Source of the DNA: a virus
Virus record (IMG/VR): IMGVR_UViG_3300014775_002125
Span: 32,001-96,000 of that record
Length of the DNA stretch: 64,000 bases
Direction: 5' to 3' (one strand)
Shown piece by piece: positions 1-11,700 of the stretch (positions are counted from its first letter, which is position 1; the number at the start of each line of letters is the position of its first letter). The notes beneath the pieces are model-generated. The model ran no database searches and was not told the DNA's origin. It was given only the letters and a program-made list of their open reading frames with translations. The translations under genes were made by a program, and so were the position numbers.

Positions 1-260
1 TGTCCAAGTTTGTAGAGAAGCTAATGGGTGAATTGGCTAACCACACACATCTATCAGCTTTTCAAACAGACGTGAAGAAACCAAAATACAACCAGAAATC
101 CATCGAGCTAACGAAGTTCAGAATTATTCATAACAAGGATCTAAGAGCGATCAAGGGGCAAATTAAAAAGAATACGGTGTCATACAAGAAAGCTGGGAAA
201 AACTACTTGACTCCTCTTGGCAAACTTTTCATAAACTCAGAGTATCATAAGGTTAACTGA
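1..260 (+). CDS. C-terminal fragment of a probable baseplate spike / gp5-GpV-like protein (5' truncated by the window)
   Basis: Frame is open from position 3 (SKFVEKLMGELANHTH...). The HxH motif (NHTH) resembles spike apex motifs, and the gene lies upstream of the gp25-like gene. Confidence 0.35.
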   Translation, partial: SKFVEKLMGELANHTHLSAFQTDVKKPKYNQKSIELTKFRIIHNKDLRAIKGQIKKNTVSYKKAGKNYLTPLGKLFINSEYHKVN

Positions 261-3200
261 TGTCTAGTACAAAAAAAATGGAAGAGATGTTTAAGTCTCT
301 AAAGCTGGAAACTCCCTCGGTTAAAGCATTCAAAGAGGCTACTGAATTGGCTCGTAAAAAAGCTAAAGAAGTGGCCCAGAAAGAATTTAACGAACAAGTT
401 GATAAGGCATTCGAAGAGATCAAAGAAGAGGTTTTCCAAGAGGTACTGGACCCTACGAGAGATAAAGAAATTGTCAAGGCCCACAGAACTGCAAGGTCAT
501 TGTTGCGAGATTTGAAAAAGCAGAATGAGCAGAAAAAGTTAGAAGAAGACTTGGAAGGATTGAAAGGGTTTGTAGACAAACAGATAGAACTATTGAAACC
601 TAACCCTTCTGAATTTAAACTGAATTACAAAAAACTTACTCAAAAAGATATTGATAAAGCAAACGAATTTGATGAAGAACTTACTATCGAGCTTTGGCAA
701 AAGAAACTCCCGACTCTAGAAATCAAGGATACTTCTACAGCTAAAGCAATCAACGAAGTCAAGGAGAGTATTGAGAAGGATGCTCCGCAGAGGGCTTGGG
801 AGAGATTCACAAGATACTTTGATCGTGAAAGGTTTGCTAGTTCTATTGCTAGATGCTTGTTGAAGTTGGTCGTAGAAAACTCAGCACTGCGAGAGGTCTT
901 TAGGTCTGCCTTCATTGCCTATATGGAGTCCGTCAATAGTACTCTCTTAAATGGTCGAGCGAAAGAGCTAATTGTAGAAATCACTAGAAATGTCAATAGG
1001 CTTGATAGTTTGCAGTCAATTGTTACAGGATTTAGACTGTCAACCCCTGTAAGAGAGCTACAGCAAGACCTTAACGACACACCACTAGACGAACTTGCAC
1101 ATGCTTTATTTGACTCAGCTAACGAAGAAGAGTTGTTCATTAGCCTTGTCGAAGTTTTCCCAGATATTGTTGGGTTTATTCAAGGTTTTAACTTACAAGA
1201 CTTGACAGATAGGCTTGGAGAACTTGGACCGGATCTATCAAACGACATCAAATTACCAGTAGATTTCCAGATAAATGCACCTAAAAGTGACATCGAGAAG
1301 CTCTCAGAGGAAACAGACAGGATCTTTGAGGAAGTTATCTACACCTCTCTTGTTACTGCTGCCGGATCTCTCCTAGAACTAGCGGAAACATGTGATTTTG
1401 GCTCTGAAGACCTTTATAGAGTGCCAGATGTTGCTGAGTTCCGTCAAGCTTCTAAAGATGGCGACCAGATTTTCAAGTTTGTGCAGGATGCTAATAATCT
1501 ATATGACAGAGAAACCTTTTGTGATTTCCTAAAATATGCTGAGGGACCAGTTACAGACTTCATCCCATCAGAGTACCATGAGATTGTTAGGGAGATTTAC
1601 GAGAATCAGGACTATAACTACTGCGATGATTTCAACAGGGCTGATAGATTTAGGAGTCCATGCACAGAAGACCCTAAAGACGTAAAGAATCTCAGAGCAC
1701 TTTTAAAGAGCCTCAGACCCTCTTCAGTGGACTTTGATCTAGGAAGGCTTAACGAACTACTAGATGAGGACTCTTACGATTATTTGACAGACTTTACGGG
1801 CGATCAGGTGGATAAGATTGCTAGTCGTCTCGGAGTTACCCTCAATTCGCAGTACGCTTACCTAGTAGACCGTAAAGGCAAGCCAGAAACAAACCTTACG
1901 GGTACCTCTAAGGAGCTTTACGAAGATTATAACAGTGGTTTGTTCAATTCGAATGATTACAAGGATGTGGACCCGGAACTGAAGAAACAAGTAGAAGCCG
2001 CGAAAAAGTTATTAGAGGACAAAGAGGTTAAAACAGAGAGCTATGCAGAGTTATTTGGAAAAAACTTCGTAGTAAGTCAAGATTCTGGTCCAATTACTAA
2101 GTTTTCTGGGGAAAAGCTTAAATATGGTGGTAAAGTAACCATCCCAAAGCAGACTGGTGGGTTCCTGACAGACCAAAAAGTCACTGTAGAGACTAGTGGC
2201 ATGGTTGATTATTCGCTGATTAAGTACGAAAAAACCGGACAAAAGGCTGTTGGTTATGTCGCTGAAGGGCTTAAGGGTAAGTTATTAGAAGATAGAGGTG
2301 AAGATAGAGATGAAGTAGAGAGTTGCAGAGAATATTCTGTAACGATTGACCCTAAAAATGTAAGGCTAGGAAGTTCTGGTATTTTTAGTGCTTTTGGCAG
2401 GGTTGTATTGGTAGATATCATTGAAATAACCAGAAAGGACGGTAAGGTCGAGGTATATCTTACAAGGTTCAGTGGTGATGAGAAAAACTATACATTAAAA
2501 GAGCCATTTCCGTTACATGAAGAGGATTTCGGCAAGTATCTTAAAGGTGAAGATTACCTTCCGATTAGACATGGAGCCTTCCCAAATCTTTATAATTCTG
2601 ATAACTCACGCGGGGTCAGAGCAGAGGGAGAACTTCCTGCAAGAAATTATTTTAAGAAGCTTTTGTTCAATGAGTTGTCTGGGAAATCTGATTCTAAACT
2701 CTTTGGAGAAACTAAAACGACTAAAACCACCTCAGTTAACGCTGATGGTAATTATCAGTACTATACGCTTGATAATGGTGTCAAAAAACTAGAAGAATTT
2801 GATGATTCCTACCATGATTTAATCTACGGGAATATCTTCAAGACCTTTTGGGACATTGTTAGTGACTCACCGCTAGCTAAAAGGACAAAACTGAGTGATT
2901 CTAGAAGTGTTCCTAATGCCTCTTTGCTGCAATTAGGCTCTGAGAGTGTCTGTAAGGGTAAGCAGTTGGTTGATTTTGGAGATGTTACCAGCTTTTTACC
3001 ACGAGCACAAGCATTAGGTCCACAAGAAGTCGATGAAGACAGTGTAGCAATTAAAAGTTATCTAAAATTATCAGCCGTTTCTTACATCCTCTCAGCACCT
3101 TTTAGTTATTCTGTGAGTGAACCCAACAGAAAGCTCTATAGAATGGCGGCACCCCTATATGTACACGCTCTAAGAGACTCAAAAGTTAGCGATGAGATCA

Positions 3201-4936
3201 GAGAAGAGGTTGAAAAGAACTGTAAGGCTTATGAGGACTTGTTTGTAGAGTACTGTTTTACTGCTCATAGTGGATTTAGAGGTAATTTCAACACACCATC
3301 CTTTAAGTTTATCCCAAAAGTGAAGCGACAGGGTGATTCATGGTTTTACCGGACGGAAGAGTCACCAGATGCTTACCAACAGTGGGTCCTAGACAATTAC
3401 CATAGAGATTTGCCGTTCTTTATCGGTGAATCTCTGGTGATTAAAGAGATCAAGAAACCACAAAACAAAGAACTATACGGAGCACTGCCTGATCTCGTGG
3501 GGAAACGGATCAATTCAGAGATTTTATTAGAAAAACTTAAAGAAAATACTCCAAAAGCTGACAAACTATCGGACCACTATGAGTTTACCATACAATCCGA
3601 ACTGTTATTCCACGCACCACTGAGCTATACCAACGAATTATACGCAAACCCAAGGAGATCAAGTGCTTGGGATAGCTATGGGAGACAAAAAGAGACGTTC
3701 AGAGCTACCGTACAGAGAGACTTTAGGTACGAGACAGAGGTAATTTATAGGACGAAGCGCGATGCATTCCAATTTTTTATTGGGGCCGACCAAGGAGGCA
3801 CTACAGTAGGAGCTGTTGGAGCCACTCTAACTCTTAAGTACCGTTCCCAAGTTGAAGGAGAGCGTGGTGAGTTAGGAGACTGGGAGCTTAAAATCAGCGG
3901 GAAAAAACCCGAAGTCTATAAGTCTATCAAAGAAATTAACAACGCTGGGGAGAAGACTATTCTTTCTCGTTCACCTCTAGGGGAATATAATCCACCTATA
4001 GAAGAAAAAGAAACTGAAGGGGGAAAACCTAAACCACCACCTCCTCCAAGAGCTTACAGAAGTTTCGATGAGTTGCTTAAGCAGTTCAAAAAGGAAGCTA
4101 GGGGTGGCGTTACAAGGACCAAGTTTCCCCAGCATAAAAAATACATGTTAGTAAAAAGAGAAATCAAAGAGACCGTTTTTCCATTAGCGACAAAAAGCTT
4201 AAAGTTAAACATTGAAAAACTATCAGACATCGTAAAAATTACCCCAAAAAAGACTGTAAGCTACACTGAGAAAGGTTTAGAGCAAGATAGTGAAGATGTT
4301 TGGAAATGTGTAGATGTTACAAAGACTAGATCAACACCAAAAAAAGTTGAGTATGTTTTTAATGTTGATCAGTGCTTTGAGAAATTACAAGGATTAATTG
4401 AAGAAACAAGCAAATACAAGCAGGTCAAAAAGTACTTTGACGACCCTCTACTATTCTCTTTTGTGGTCACTGATGAGGTAGTCTATAATACAGAATTTGC
4501 CGACGACATCCTTGAATTCTATCAGAAAGTCAGGGAAGCTACCCAAAAATCGTTAGAAGGCCGCGTAGATGAGTTAAAGCCAGAAGATTTCTCCTTCAAC
4601 ATAGCTCAGTTGGTCTTTGAGACGCTCATTGGAATCGTTAAGAGTGTTACTGAGAGGATGGACCCAAATATCTCTGTAGCTTCAGCACTTCGAGACCTTT
4701 TTGTAGGGACTGTGCAGACTGGACTGGACATTGGCCTATCAGAATTTGGAGACGTTCCTTCGGTTGGTTTCCCTGTTACACCCTTTAGTCTCGCACTAAT
4801 GGCTACTGGGTTGTTCCCGACGCCGTTTGGAATTATCTATCTAGCTCTAGAGGACGGCGGACTACTTGTGGACTTCCTCTCAGAATTAGATGAACAAAAA
4901 AACCAGCTACCGATCAGAAGCTCAAGAGAGTGTTAA
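260..4936 (+). CDS. Large hypothetical virion-associated protein (1558 aa)
   Basis: Long ORF overlapping the upstream stop (TGATG). It has a helical charged N-terminus and a hydrophobic C-terminal segment (PVTPFSLALMATGLFPTPFGIIYLAL), and lies in the baseplate cluster. Confidence 0.7.
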   Translation: MSSTKKMEEMFKSLKLETPSVKAFKEATELARKKAKEVAQKEFNEQVDKAFEEIKEEVFQEVLDPTRDKEIVKAHRTARSLLRDLKKQNEQKKLEEDLEGLKGFVDKQIELLKPNPSEFKLNYKKLTQKDIDKANEFDEELTIELWQKKLPTLEIKDTSTAKAINEVKESIEKDAPQRAWERFTRYFDRERFASSIARCLLKLVVENSALREVFRSAFIAYMESVNSTLLNGRAKELIVEITRNVNRLDSLQSIVTGFRLSTPVRELQQDLNDTPLDELAHALFDSANEEELFISLVEVFPDIVGFIQGFNLQDLTDRLGELGPDLSNDIKLPVDFQINAPKSDIEKLSEETDRIFEEVIYTSLVTAAGSLLELAETCDFGSEDLYRVPDVAEFRQASKDGDQIFKFVQDANNLYDRETFCDFLKYAEGPVTDFIPSEYHEIVREIYENQDYNYCDDFNRADRFRSPCTEDPKDVKNLRALLKSLRPSSVDFDLGRLNELLDEDSYDYLTDFTGDQVDKIASRLGVTLNSQYAYLVDRKGKPETNLTGTSKELYEDYNSGLFNSNDYKDVDPELKKQVEAAKKLLEDKEVKTESYAELFGKNFVVSQDSGPITKFSGEKLKYGGKVTIPKQTGGFLTDQKVTVETSGMVDYSLIKYEKTGQKAVGYVAEGLKGKLLEDRGEDRDEVESCREYSVTIDPKNVRLGSSGIFSAFGRVVLVDIIEITRKDGKVEVYLTRFSGDEKNYTLKEPFPLHEEDFGKYLKGEDYLPIRHGAFPNLYNSDNSRGVRAEGELPARNYFKKLLFNELSGKSDSKLFGETKTTKTTSVNADGNYQYYTLDNGVKKLEEFDDSYHDLIYGNIFKTFWDIVSDSPLAKRTKLSDSRSVPNASLLQLGSESVCKGKQLVDFGDVTSFLPRAQALGPQEVDEDSVAIKSYLKLSAVSYILSAPFSYSVSEPNRKLYRMAAPLYVHALRDSKVSDEIREEVEKNCKAYEDLFVEYCFTAHSGFRGNFNTPSFKFIPKVKRQGDSWFYRTEESPDAYQQWVLDNYHRDLPFFIGESLVIKEIKKPQNKELYGALPDLVGKRINSEILLEKLKENTPKADKLSDHYEFTIQSELLFHAPLSYTNELYANPRRSSAWDSYGRQKETFRATVQRDFRYETEVIYRTKRDAFQFFIGADQGGTTVGAVGATLTLKYRSQVEGERGELGDWELKISGKKPEVYKSIKEINNAGEKTILSRSPLGEYNPPIEEKETEGGKPKPPPPPRAYRSFDELLKQFKKEARGGVTRTKFPQHKKYMLVKREIKETVFPLATKSLKLNIEKLSDIVKITPKKTVSYTEKGLEQDSEDVWKCVDVTKTRSTPKKVEYVFNVDQCFEKLQGLIEETSKYKQVKKYFDDPLLFSFVVTDEVVYNTEFADDILEFYQKVREATQKSLEGRVDELKPEDFSFNIAQLVFETLIGIVKSVTERMDPNISVASALRDLFVGTVQTGLDIGLSEFGDVPSVGFPVTPFSLALMATGLFPTPFGIIYLALEDGGLLVDFLSELDEQKNQLPIRSSREC

Positions 4937-4990
4937 ATATGTGTGGCTTATTTTCCCTTGTGAGGATATTTAAGATTAACAGGAGAAACC

Positions 4991-5380
4991 ATGGGGCTAT
5001 CGACTAAACTACCACTCACATACTCTGAGCGTTACGGATTCTACAGTCAGAACGAAGAGATTCAGGAGCAGATTCGTCAGAATCTCAAAGACTTACTCTT
5101 AACTGCTCCCGGCGAGCGTTTTATCGAACTGGATTATGGAGTCGGCCTGTACGCCTATCTGTTCGAGCCAATGACTGGTAGAACCTTACAGTCTCTTAGA
5201 GACACTATAGGTGCTCAGGTGGCGACCTATATGCCATACATTGAAATTAGGAACTTAAGCGTCAATGAAGGTACGGATAATTTTGGCGGAGGTGCTGCTT
5301 TGTCTGTCGTTTTGGATTACCGTATCACACCGCTGGGCGAAGACGGTGTGGACTATTTAGAAGTAGAGATTAAACAATGA
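4991..5380 (+). CDS. gp25: Baseplate wedge protein, gp25/GpW-like
   Basis: IRQNLKDLLLTAPGER...YGVGL..YLFE...YMPYIEI signature; AGGAG Shine-Dalgarno site upstream. Confidence 0.9.
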   Translation: MGLSTKLPLTYSERYGFYSQNEEIQEQIRQNLKDLLLTAPGERFIELDYGVGLYAYLFEPMTGRTLQSLRDTIGAQVATYMPYIEIRNLSVNEGTDNFGGGAALSVVLDYRITPLGEDGVDYLEVEIKQ

Positions 5381-7158
5381 AAAAGTTGAACATTAACTAC
5401 ACCAACGTAACCGAAGAAGGTATTCGTAGAAGGCTAGACGAGATTGCATCGAGTCTTTACCCTGACGTCAACCGCGACTTTAGCGAGAGTAGCTTTGGGT
5501 CATTAATTAAGGATACTCAGGCTTACATTGGCTCCATGCTTTACTTCTACACGTTATACAATGCCAACGAGAGCTTTATGGATTCTGCGGTGGAGCTTGA
5601 AAACATTCTACGGGCGGCAAAAGAGAAGGGCTATAAGTACAAAGGCATCCCTTCAGTTGTGGGTAAGCAAGATTTTTACATCATCGTCCCTGCTAACTCC
5701 TCCGGCACTGCACCAGACAGCGACTACCTACCCATCCTCAAAGCTCAGGACACGATTGTAAGTCAAGCTAACGGCGAGATTTATAGGTTACAAGAGGACT
5801 TGGACTTTGCTGACCCTAAGAATGAGCAAATTGTTGCCTCTAGGAATGCTAGCACTGGGGTTATCACTGAGTTTGCTGTAAAAGTCACTGGGGCTGTTCG
5901 AAGCGGTGATTTAGATGTTGAGGAGTTTGAACTGGGAGATTTCGTATCGTTCCGTAAGCTAGCCATTAGAGACTTGAACTTCACTGGTATCGTAAGTGTG
6001 ACTGATGGCAACGGGAATGTTTATTATGAAGTTGACAACATGGTTCAGACGTTTGTCTATAAGTATCTTGAAAACTTTAATAAGGCAACCCACCAAGACC
6101 CTGTGAACCTACTAGAAATTGTCCCAACAGAGCGCCGATTCACTGTAGATTTCGACACAGAGAATGCTATTTTGACCTTTGGTGGCTCTCCAGATGGTGA
6201 CAAGCGCGACGTAATCAACCCTTCAAAGTTCGCTGTAGATACTCATGGGCGCCAATATTTGTCAGACACGACCTTTAACCCATATGACCTAACACAGACA
6301 GGCAAGTTAGGAGTAGGCCCTGAGAATACTGTACTCACTGTAGTCTACCGCAGGAACACCACAGACGAACCTAACGCTGCCGCTGGTCAAATCGGCAACG
6401 TGGTCAATTCAGAGTTCGTTTTTCCTGATGAGAACGCGATCAATGTCGCAACTAGAGCCTCTGTAGTGGGCTCGCTAGAGACTGACAATCCAGAAGCACT
6501 TACTGGCAACATTATCTTGGACCTAGAAGAAGAAATTAAGATTAGAGCGCAAGGTGCTAAGATGTTCAGAGGTGTTTGCGTGACTCAGAAAGACTATGAG
6601 GTGGCAAGCTACTCTATGCCTCCACAGTTTGGCAGTATCAGAAGAGCCAGAGCGTTATTAGACAAGGATACACTACGAGACAACATCAATCTTTACACTA
6701 TCGCAGAGGACGAGGACGGCTATCTAACAACCACTTCAAGCGAAACTAAGAAGAACTTGAAGAAATGGATTGCCTCAATGAAGTCTGGAGGTGATTCAGT
6801 GGATATTCTAGACGCGATCATTGTAAACGTGGGTATTGAGTGTTCTATTGTTCCTAATGGTGTTGATAGATTGATTGCCCTGATTGATGCCGTAGAGACC
6901 CTTAAGGTAGAGTTTTCAGAACCTAAAGGAATTGGGGAATCACTGAAAATTAATGACGTTTACAGGGTACTCAGAGGTGTTCCTACGATTCTAGATGTTG
7001 ATGATGTAATGTTCGTTAAGAAGTCTGGAGACAATTACTCTGGCGTAGCTTACAATGTTGATAAAAACATGTCTGGTGGCGAACTAATGGTACCTCAGAA
7101 CTATATTTTAGAGGTTAAGTTTCCAGAAGATGACATTAAAGTGAGAGTTAAAAAATGA
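5377..7158 (+). CDS. gp6: Baseplate wedge subunit, gp6/baseplate J-like
   Basis: N-terminal DFSESSFGSL...NESFMDSA...GYK, later LTFG and VTQKDYE motifs; follows gp25 with an ATGA overlap. Confidence 0.85.
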   Translation: MKKLNINYTNVTEEGIRRRLDEIASSLYPDVNRDFSESSFGSLIKDTQAYIGSMLYFYTLYNANESFMDSAVELENILRAAKEKGYKYKGIPSVVGKQDFYIIVPANSSGTAPDSDYLPILKAQDTIVSQANGEIYRLQEDLDFADPKNEQIVASRNASTGVITEFAVKVTGAVRSGDLDVEEFELGDFVSFRKLAIRDLNFTGIVSVTDGNGNVYYEVDNMVQTFVYKYLENFNKATHQDPVNLLEIVPTERRFTVDFDTENAILTFGGSPDGDKRDVINPSKFAVDTHGRQYLSDTTFNPYDLTQTGKLGVGPENTVLTVVYRRNTTDEPNAAAGQIGNVVNSEFVFPDENAINVATRASVVGSLETDNPEALTGNIILDLEEEIKIRAQGAKMFRGVCVTQKDYEVASYSMPPQFGSIRRARALLDKDTLRDNINLYTIAEDEDGYLTTTSSETKKNLKKWIASMKSGGDSVDILDAIIVNVGIECSIVPNGVDRLIALIDAVETLKVEFSEPKGIGESLKINDVYRVLRGVPTILDVDDVMFVKKSGDNYSGVAYNVDKNMSGGELMVPQNYILEVKFPEDDIKVRVKK

Positions 7159-8624
7159 TTAAGTTCTACAAGGCCCTGAAAGACAATACAATTACCAATG
7201 CGTTCTCTTTAGGCATTAAAAACAGGGCGACTGGTTCTAACATGGGTGCTGCGGACATTGTAGAGGTGTTCAGCATTTATGGTCAGGCTTCTGGCTCTGG
7301 TGGCCGTTCTCAGGAGCTTTCAAGAGCCATCCTAGAGTTCGATGTCCAGAGTATTATCGATGATAGAGCTAGTGGGTTGCTTCCAGCGTCAGGTAGTGTT
7401 GAGTTCAGACTTAGAATGTTCAACGCAAAGCATGTCGAGATGACTCCAAACGACTATGAATTGGCTGTTCACCCTCTCACAGAAGAATGGCAGGAAGGCT
7501 ACGGGTTAGATTTAGACCAGTACAAAGACAAGACGTTCGATAATTTTGGGTCTAACTGGGAGAAAAGATCTGGAAGCACATCATGGACAACTGTTGGTGG
7601 TACTTACGATAACGCTGTTGTTTATTCTCAGAGTTTCCCGATTGGCACGGAAGATCTTGATGTTGATGTCAGTGCAACGGTAGAGTCTTGGGTTGGTGGT
7701 GGATTAACTAACAACGGATTCATGGTCAAACTTGGAGAGACATTCGAGGCTTACTACTCGGCTTCTACTGGTGCTAATAGTGGCAGTATTATCCACAATG
7801 TCAACGGCCTAAAGCAGACTAAGTACACTAAAAACTTCTTCGGCAGAGGCTCTGAGTTCTTTCATAAAGTTCCAGTTATTCAGGCGGTCTGGAGTGATGT
7901 TAAGTATGATGATAGAGGTGGTTTTGTGCCAAGTTCTTCATTAGCTCCAGCAGCAGACAACATTAACAAGATCAAGTTTTACAATTATCAGAGAGGTCGC
8001 CTTGTAGATATTCCGGGTACACCAACGCTAACTGTAGACATCTATTCATCATCTAATGGTACGCCTAGTGGCTCTTCTTTAGGTACATTTTCAGTGTCTA
8101 AGGAGTCTACTGGTGTCTATAGTGCCGATGTACATGTAGCGACAACCTTAAACTCTCTAAATGATGTATGGATGACGGGCAGTACGGCATTACATACAGG
8201 TTCTATCAGGGTTAAGCAGGCTACAAATTACCACAAAAACACCAAAGATGACTATGTGGTGAGTATGATTGGCAACAAAAAAGAGTATCAAAACACAGGT
8301 GACGAACGATTCAGAGTTCATTTCAGAAAGAAAGACTGGAGACCTACTCTTTATGATGTTGCCGTGAATATTGTTGACACTGAGTACTTACGCTCGGCAT
8401 CTTACAGTGTTTATAGAGATGTGGATGACCTTGAGGTAATTTCTCACAACACTGGCAGTTATCTAGGCACTGTCATGAGTTACAATGTCTCAGGTTCTTA
8501 CTTTGATTTAGATATGAGTTCTTTTGAGTCTGGATATTCCTACTACTTTAAGTTTGCTGTATATGATGACTTTGCAGGTAACTTTGTTGAGCTTGAGAAA
8601 AAGTTCCGATTCAGAATTAAATAG
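7155..8624 (+). CDS. Virion structural protein with a beta-rich (DNRLRE-like) N-terminal domain
   Basis: SRAILEFD, HPLTEEWQEG and VESW...NNGFMVK motifs; Ser/Gly/Thr-rich; lies in the baseplate cluster. Confidence 0.55.
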   Translation: MIKFYKALKDNTITNAFSLGIKNRATGSNMGAADIVEVFSIYGQASGSGGRSQELSRAILEFDVQSIIDDRASGLLPASGSVEFRLRMFNAKHVEMTPNDYELAVHPLTEEWQEGYGLDLDQYKDKTFDNFGSNWEKRSGSTSWTTVGGTYDNAVVYSQSFPIGTEDLDVDVSATVESWVGGGLTNNGFMVKLGETFEAYYSASTGANSGSIIHNVNGLKQTKYTKNFFGRGSEFFHKVPVIQAVWSDVKYDDRGGFVPSSSLAPAADNINKIKFYNYQRGRLVDIPGTPTLTVDIYSSSNGTPSGSSLGTFSVSKESTGVYSADVHVATTLNSLNDVWMTGSTALHTGSIRVKQATNYHKNTKDDYVVSMIGNKKEYQNTGDERFRVHFRKKDWRPTLYDVAVNIVDTEYLRSASYSVYRDVDDLEVISHNTGSYLGTVMSYNVSGSYFDLDMSSFESGYSYYFKFAVYDDFAGNFVELEKKFRFRIK

Positions 8625-8660
8625 ACCACTTAAAACCCGCCTTAAAATCCTCACAGCACA

Positions 8661-8670
8661 CTATTTATAA
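8661..8670 (+). promoter_or_regulatory. Putative phage late promoter (CTATTTATA motif)
   Basis: Same motif recurs upstream of several structural genes (29546, 39241, 46156, 48804, 53454). Confidence 0.55.
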
Positions 8671-8710
8671 TCGATAAGAGTTTCAAAGAATTCTGATAAG
8701 GTTATAAATA

Positions 8711-11700
8711 ATGTCAATCAAGAAGCTATTCCAATCCAAAGACTTATCCCTAAAAGATATTAAACCATCTAAAAGTCGCGTCAAGAGTTTGGCGCTAAAC
8801 AAAAAGCAGTTCGTAGTACCTGTAGATTTCTCAACCCCAGAGAATTTTGTTAAGTATGGTCTAGCTGAAGTGCAGTACCAGTCTGCTTTCGTCAAGATTT
8901 ACAACACCTATCCATACGACGGAACCCTAGAAGACGTAGAGACTTGGTACAATGAGTTGTCTTCTTTTGAACGCTACATCTTTGACGAGAAATACCCAAG
9001 AGGGACTGGTTATGTAAAACTTGGAACTACATGGAATCGTGATGTAACTGATAGCTCTGGTCAGTATGGTCTCTCAACAGCTCCTAACTACATCACATTC
9101 TCAGGGTCTGCTGGTAATGGCTTCGACTACCCCGGACAGAGACGTTCGGAGACTCGTAACAGTTTTAAGGATAATGCAAACATCTGGAAACCCTCAGAGA
9201 ACCTTGACCAGAATGTAAAGTTAGATTTTGAAAGTGGTTTTACGTTCGAGTGGTGGATGGCTAAAGACGGATTCAACAGCGGCAGTACAAAACGAGAGGT
9301 CATTCTGGACCTGTGGAATGGCGAGACAGGAGCTTCCAATGGGCGCCTTATCCTAGAAATGACCGCCAGCGCTGGTAGTGATTCCTGTTTAATGTTGAGT
9401 GTTTACAGTGGTTCTTCAAACTATGTCAAAGAACTACAAGTAGGTACTGGAAGTACTTTAAGCACGGCTAGTGTTGGAGATAATTCCTTTAGACATTATG
9501 CGGTTACAGTTGAGTCTGGAAGCAGCAATCTAAATATCAAGACTTATGTAAATGGACTTGTAAACGAATCTAGAGACACTGCAATCACTGGCACTCCCTT
9601 TACATCAATCTCAGGGACTTACAAGGGGCGTTTAGGAGGCCTTCTAACAACAGTTTCTACTGGTACTGGTAGCGTTGGTTACGGCTCTCTAATCTCCAGC
9701 AGTCTCGACGAAGTAAGGATCTGGAAGACTCGACGAACCGAAGAAGAGATTTATCAGAACTACAACAAGACTTTATTCTACGGAGCGGCTACTGGTAGGG
9801 TTGAGAACTATCTATCAGTCTACTATAAATTTAACGAGGGTATCACTGGTACAGGTAGCATCGACCAGACCATTATGGATTACTCTGGACGTGTTGTTAA
9901 TGGCCTGTTCTACAACTATGAGAGCACCAATCGTAACACAGGTAGTGCGCTGGTAGAATCTTCAAAGGCCAACAAAGAATATCAGGAGCCAACCCTATAC
10001 AGCTTCCACCCAGATGTTGTAAGTGTCTCAGACGATCTCAGAACTTCCGGTAGTAACTATGATGCTCAGAACCCTACAAGCCTCTGGAATACCTTGCCAT
10101 TCTATCTAAGAAACGAGCAAGAGATAGAGATTTTGGACCCTGACAATCTACCCACAAGCGAACTAAAAAAGCTATGTCACTTGATTGGTACTTCTTTTGA
10201 TGACTTCGCGTTGGCTATTGATTACTTACCGAAACTAAAAGACCGTGAGTATCTGTCAGGTTCTCAAGATCCTCGTAGCTTTGTTGAGACCCTATTGCAC
10301 GAAGAAGGCCTTGAGTTCTCTACCTTGTTTGGCGACGAAGATATTCTAACAAAGCTCAAAAACACTGACGGGAACAAGGTGTTTGATAAAAGTTTAGAGT
10401 ATGTTAAAGGTAAAATCTATGAGAACCTTTATGTCTCTATGAACTCTATCAACGAGAGCAAAGGCAACGACGAGGCTTTTGTCAAGGCTTTGAGGGCTGT
10501 TGGTGTTGATGAAAACCTAGTAAACATCAACAGGTACATCAAAAACTCAACAAGAACATACACGACTAACTACAAAGTCTCAGAGAACAACAAGAGATTC
10601 CTAAACTTTTATCAGTCTGGCAGTCTCTCCTCAACGCTAACTCAAGCAACTGGAAGTGAATCTGGCAATGCTCGTAGTTATATTGGGTTCCATGCCAATA
10701 AACTGTACAGAGATTACTCACCGTTCACTATGAGATTCTCTACGTTCATGCCTAGAAAGCTGCGACAAGACAGCAAGGCGTTTTTCGGTGTAGATTTTAA
10801 GACGGCTAGTATCGGTGGTTTACGTCAGTCAAGTGGGCAACTTGACTATACATGGGCTACTAATGAATCTGCCAGCCTGAACCTTATGTTTGTGAAGAAA
10901 AGCTCAGAGAGCCCTTCAGGGTACTATCTGTTGACTGGTAATGTCGGTGGTACTAATGTTGAGTTGACCTCTTCTAACCTGACCAACGTATACCAAGACA
11001 CTCAGTGGGATCTGTTTGTTTCTCTCGTCAACGATAAATACCCACTAGGTGATAAACTCACAGGGACTCTTAGCGGCTCTTACACTCTATCTTTTCATGG
11101 CATTGAGTCACTTAACGATACGATTACCAGAACCTTTGAGAAAACCTTGAGTGTTCCTTTCGCTGATGGCTCTAGTTTCCTTGGTGTAGATCGTAGAGCA
11201 TACCTTGGAGCCCACCGTCAGAACTTTACAGGTAGTGTGCAGCAAAAATCAGATGTAGGTATCTTTGATTTTCAGGTTATTGAGGAGAAATTAACAAACG
11301 AAGACAGGGAGAGCTTTGCAAAATATGGTAAATATGCTGACAATCCCTCCAAGTTTCGTAAGGCCTTTCTAAGTTCTGTAGTTTCTGGTAGTAATGTTGA
11401 GTTAGCTCCAGAGATCTCAACACTTCTTACTTGGGATTTTACAGATGTTAAGAGGACTACGGATGCTAGCGGCGAGTTTTATCTTGAGGACCTAACATCT
11501 GGTAGTGCTGCTCGTAGAACTTCTTTGGGTGCTTGGGGGGCTGCCTTTGCTTACCATTACCCCGGACAAGCCTATAGTTTTCCATTAGAGCATGTGGCGA
11601 ATAGAAAATCAAGCGTTCCACAAATTAAACAGCTAGGCGTCGATGAGGTAAGCCCAACGTCAAATGTAAGAATCTTGAACTTTGACGACGCTATCTTTAA

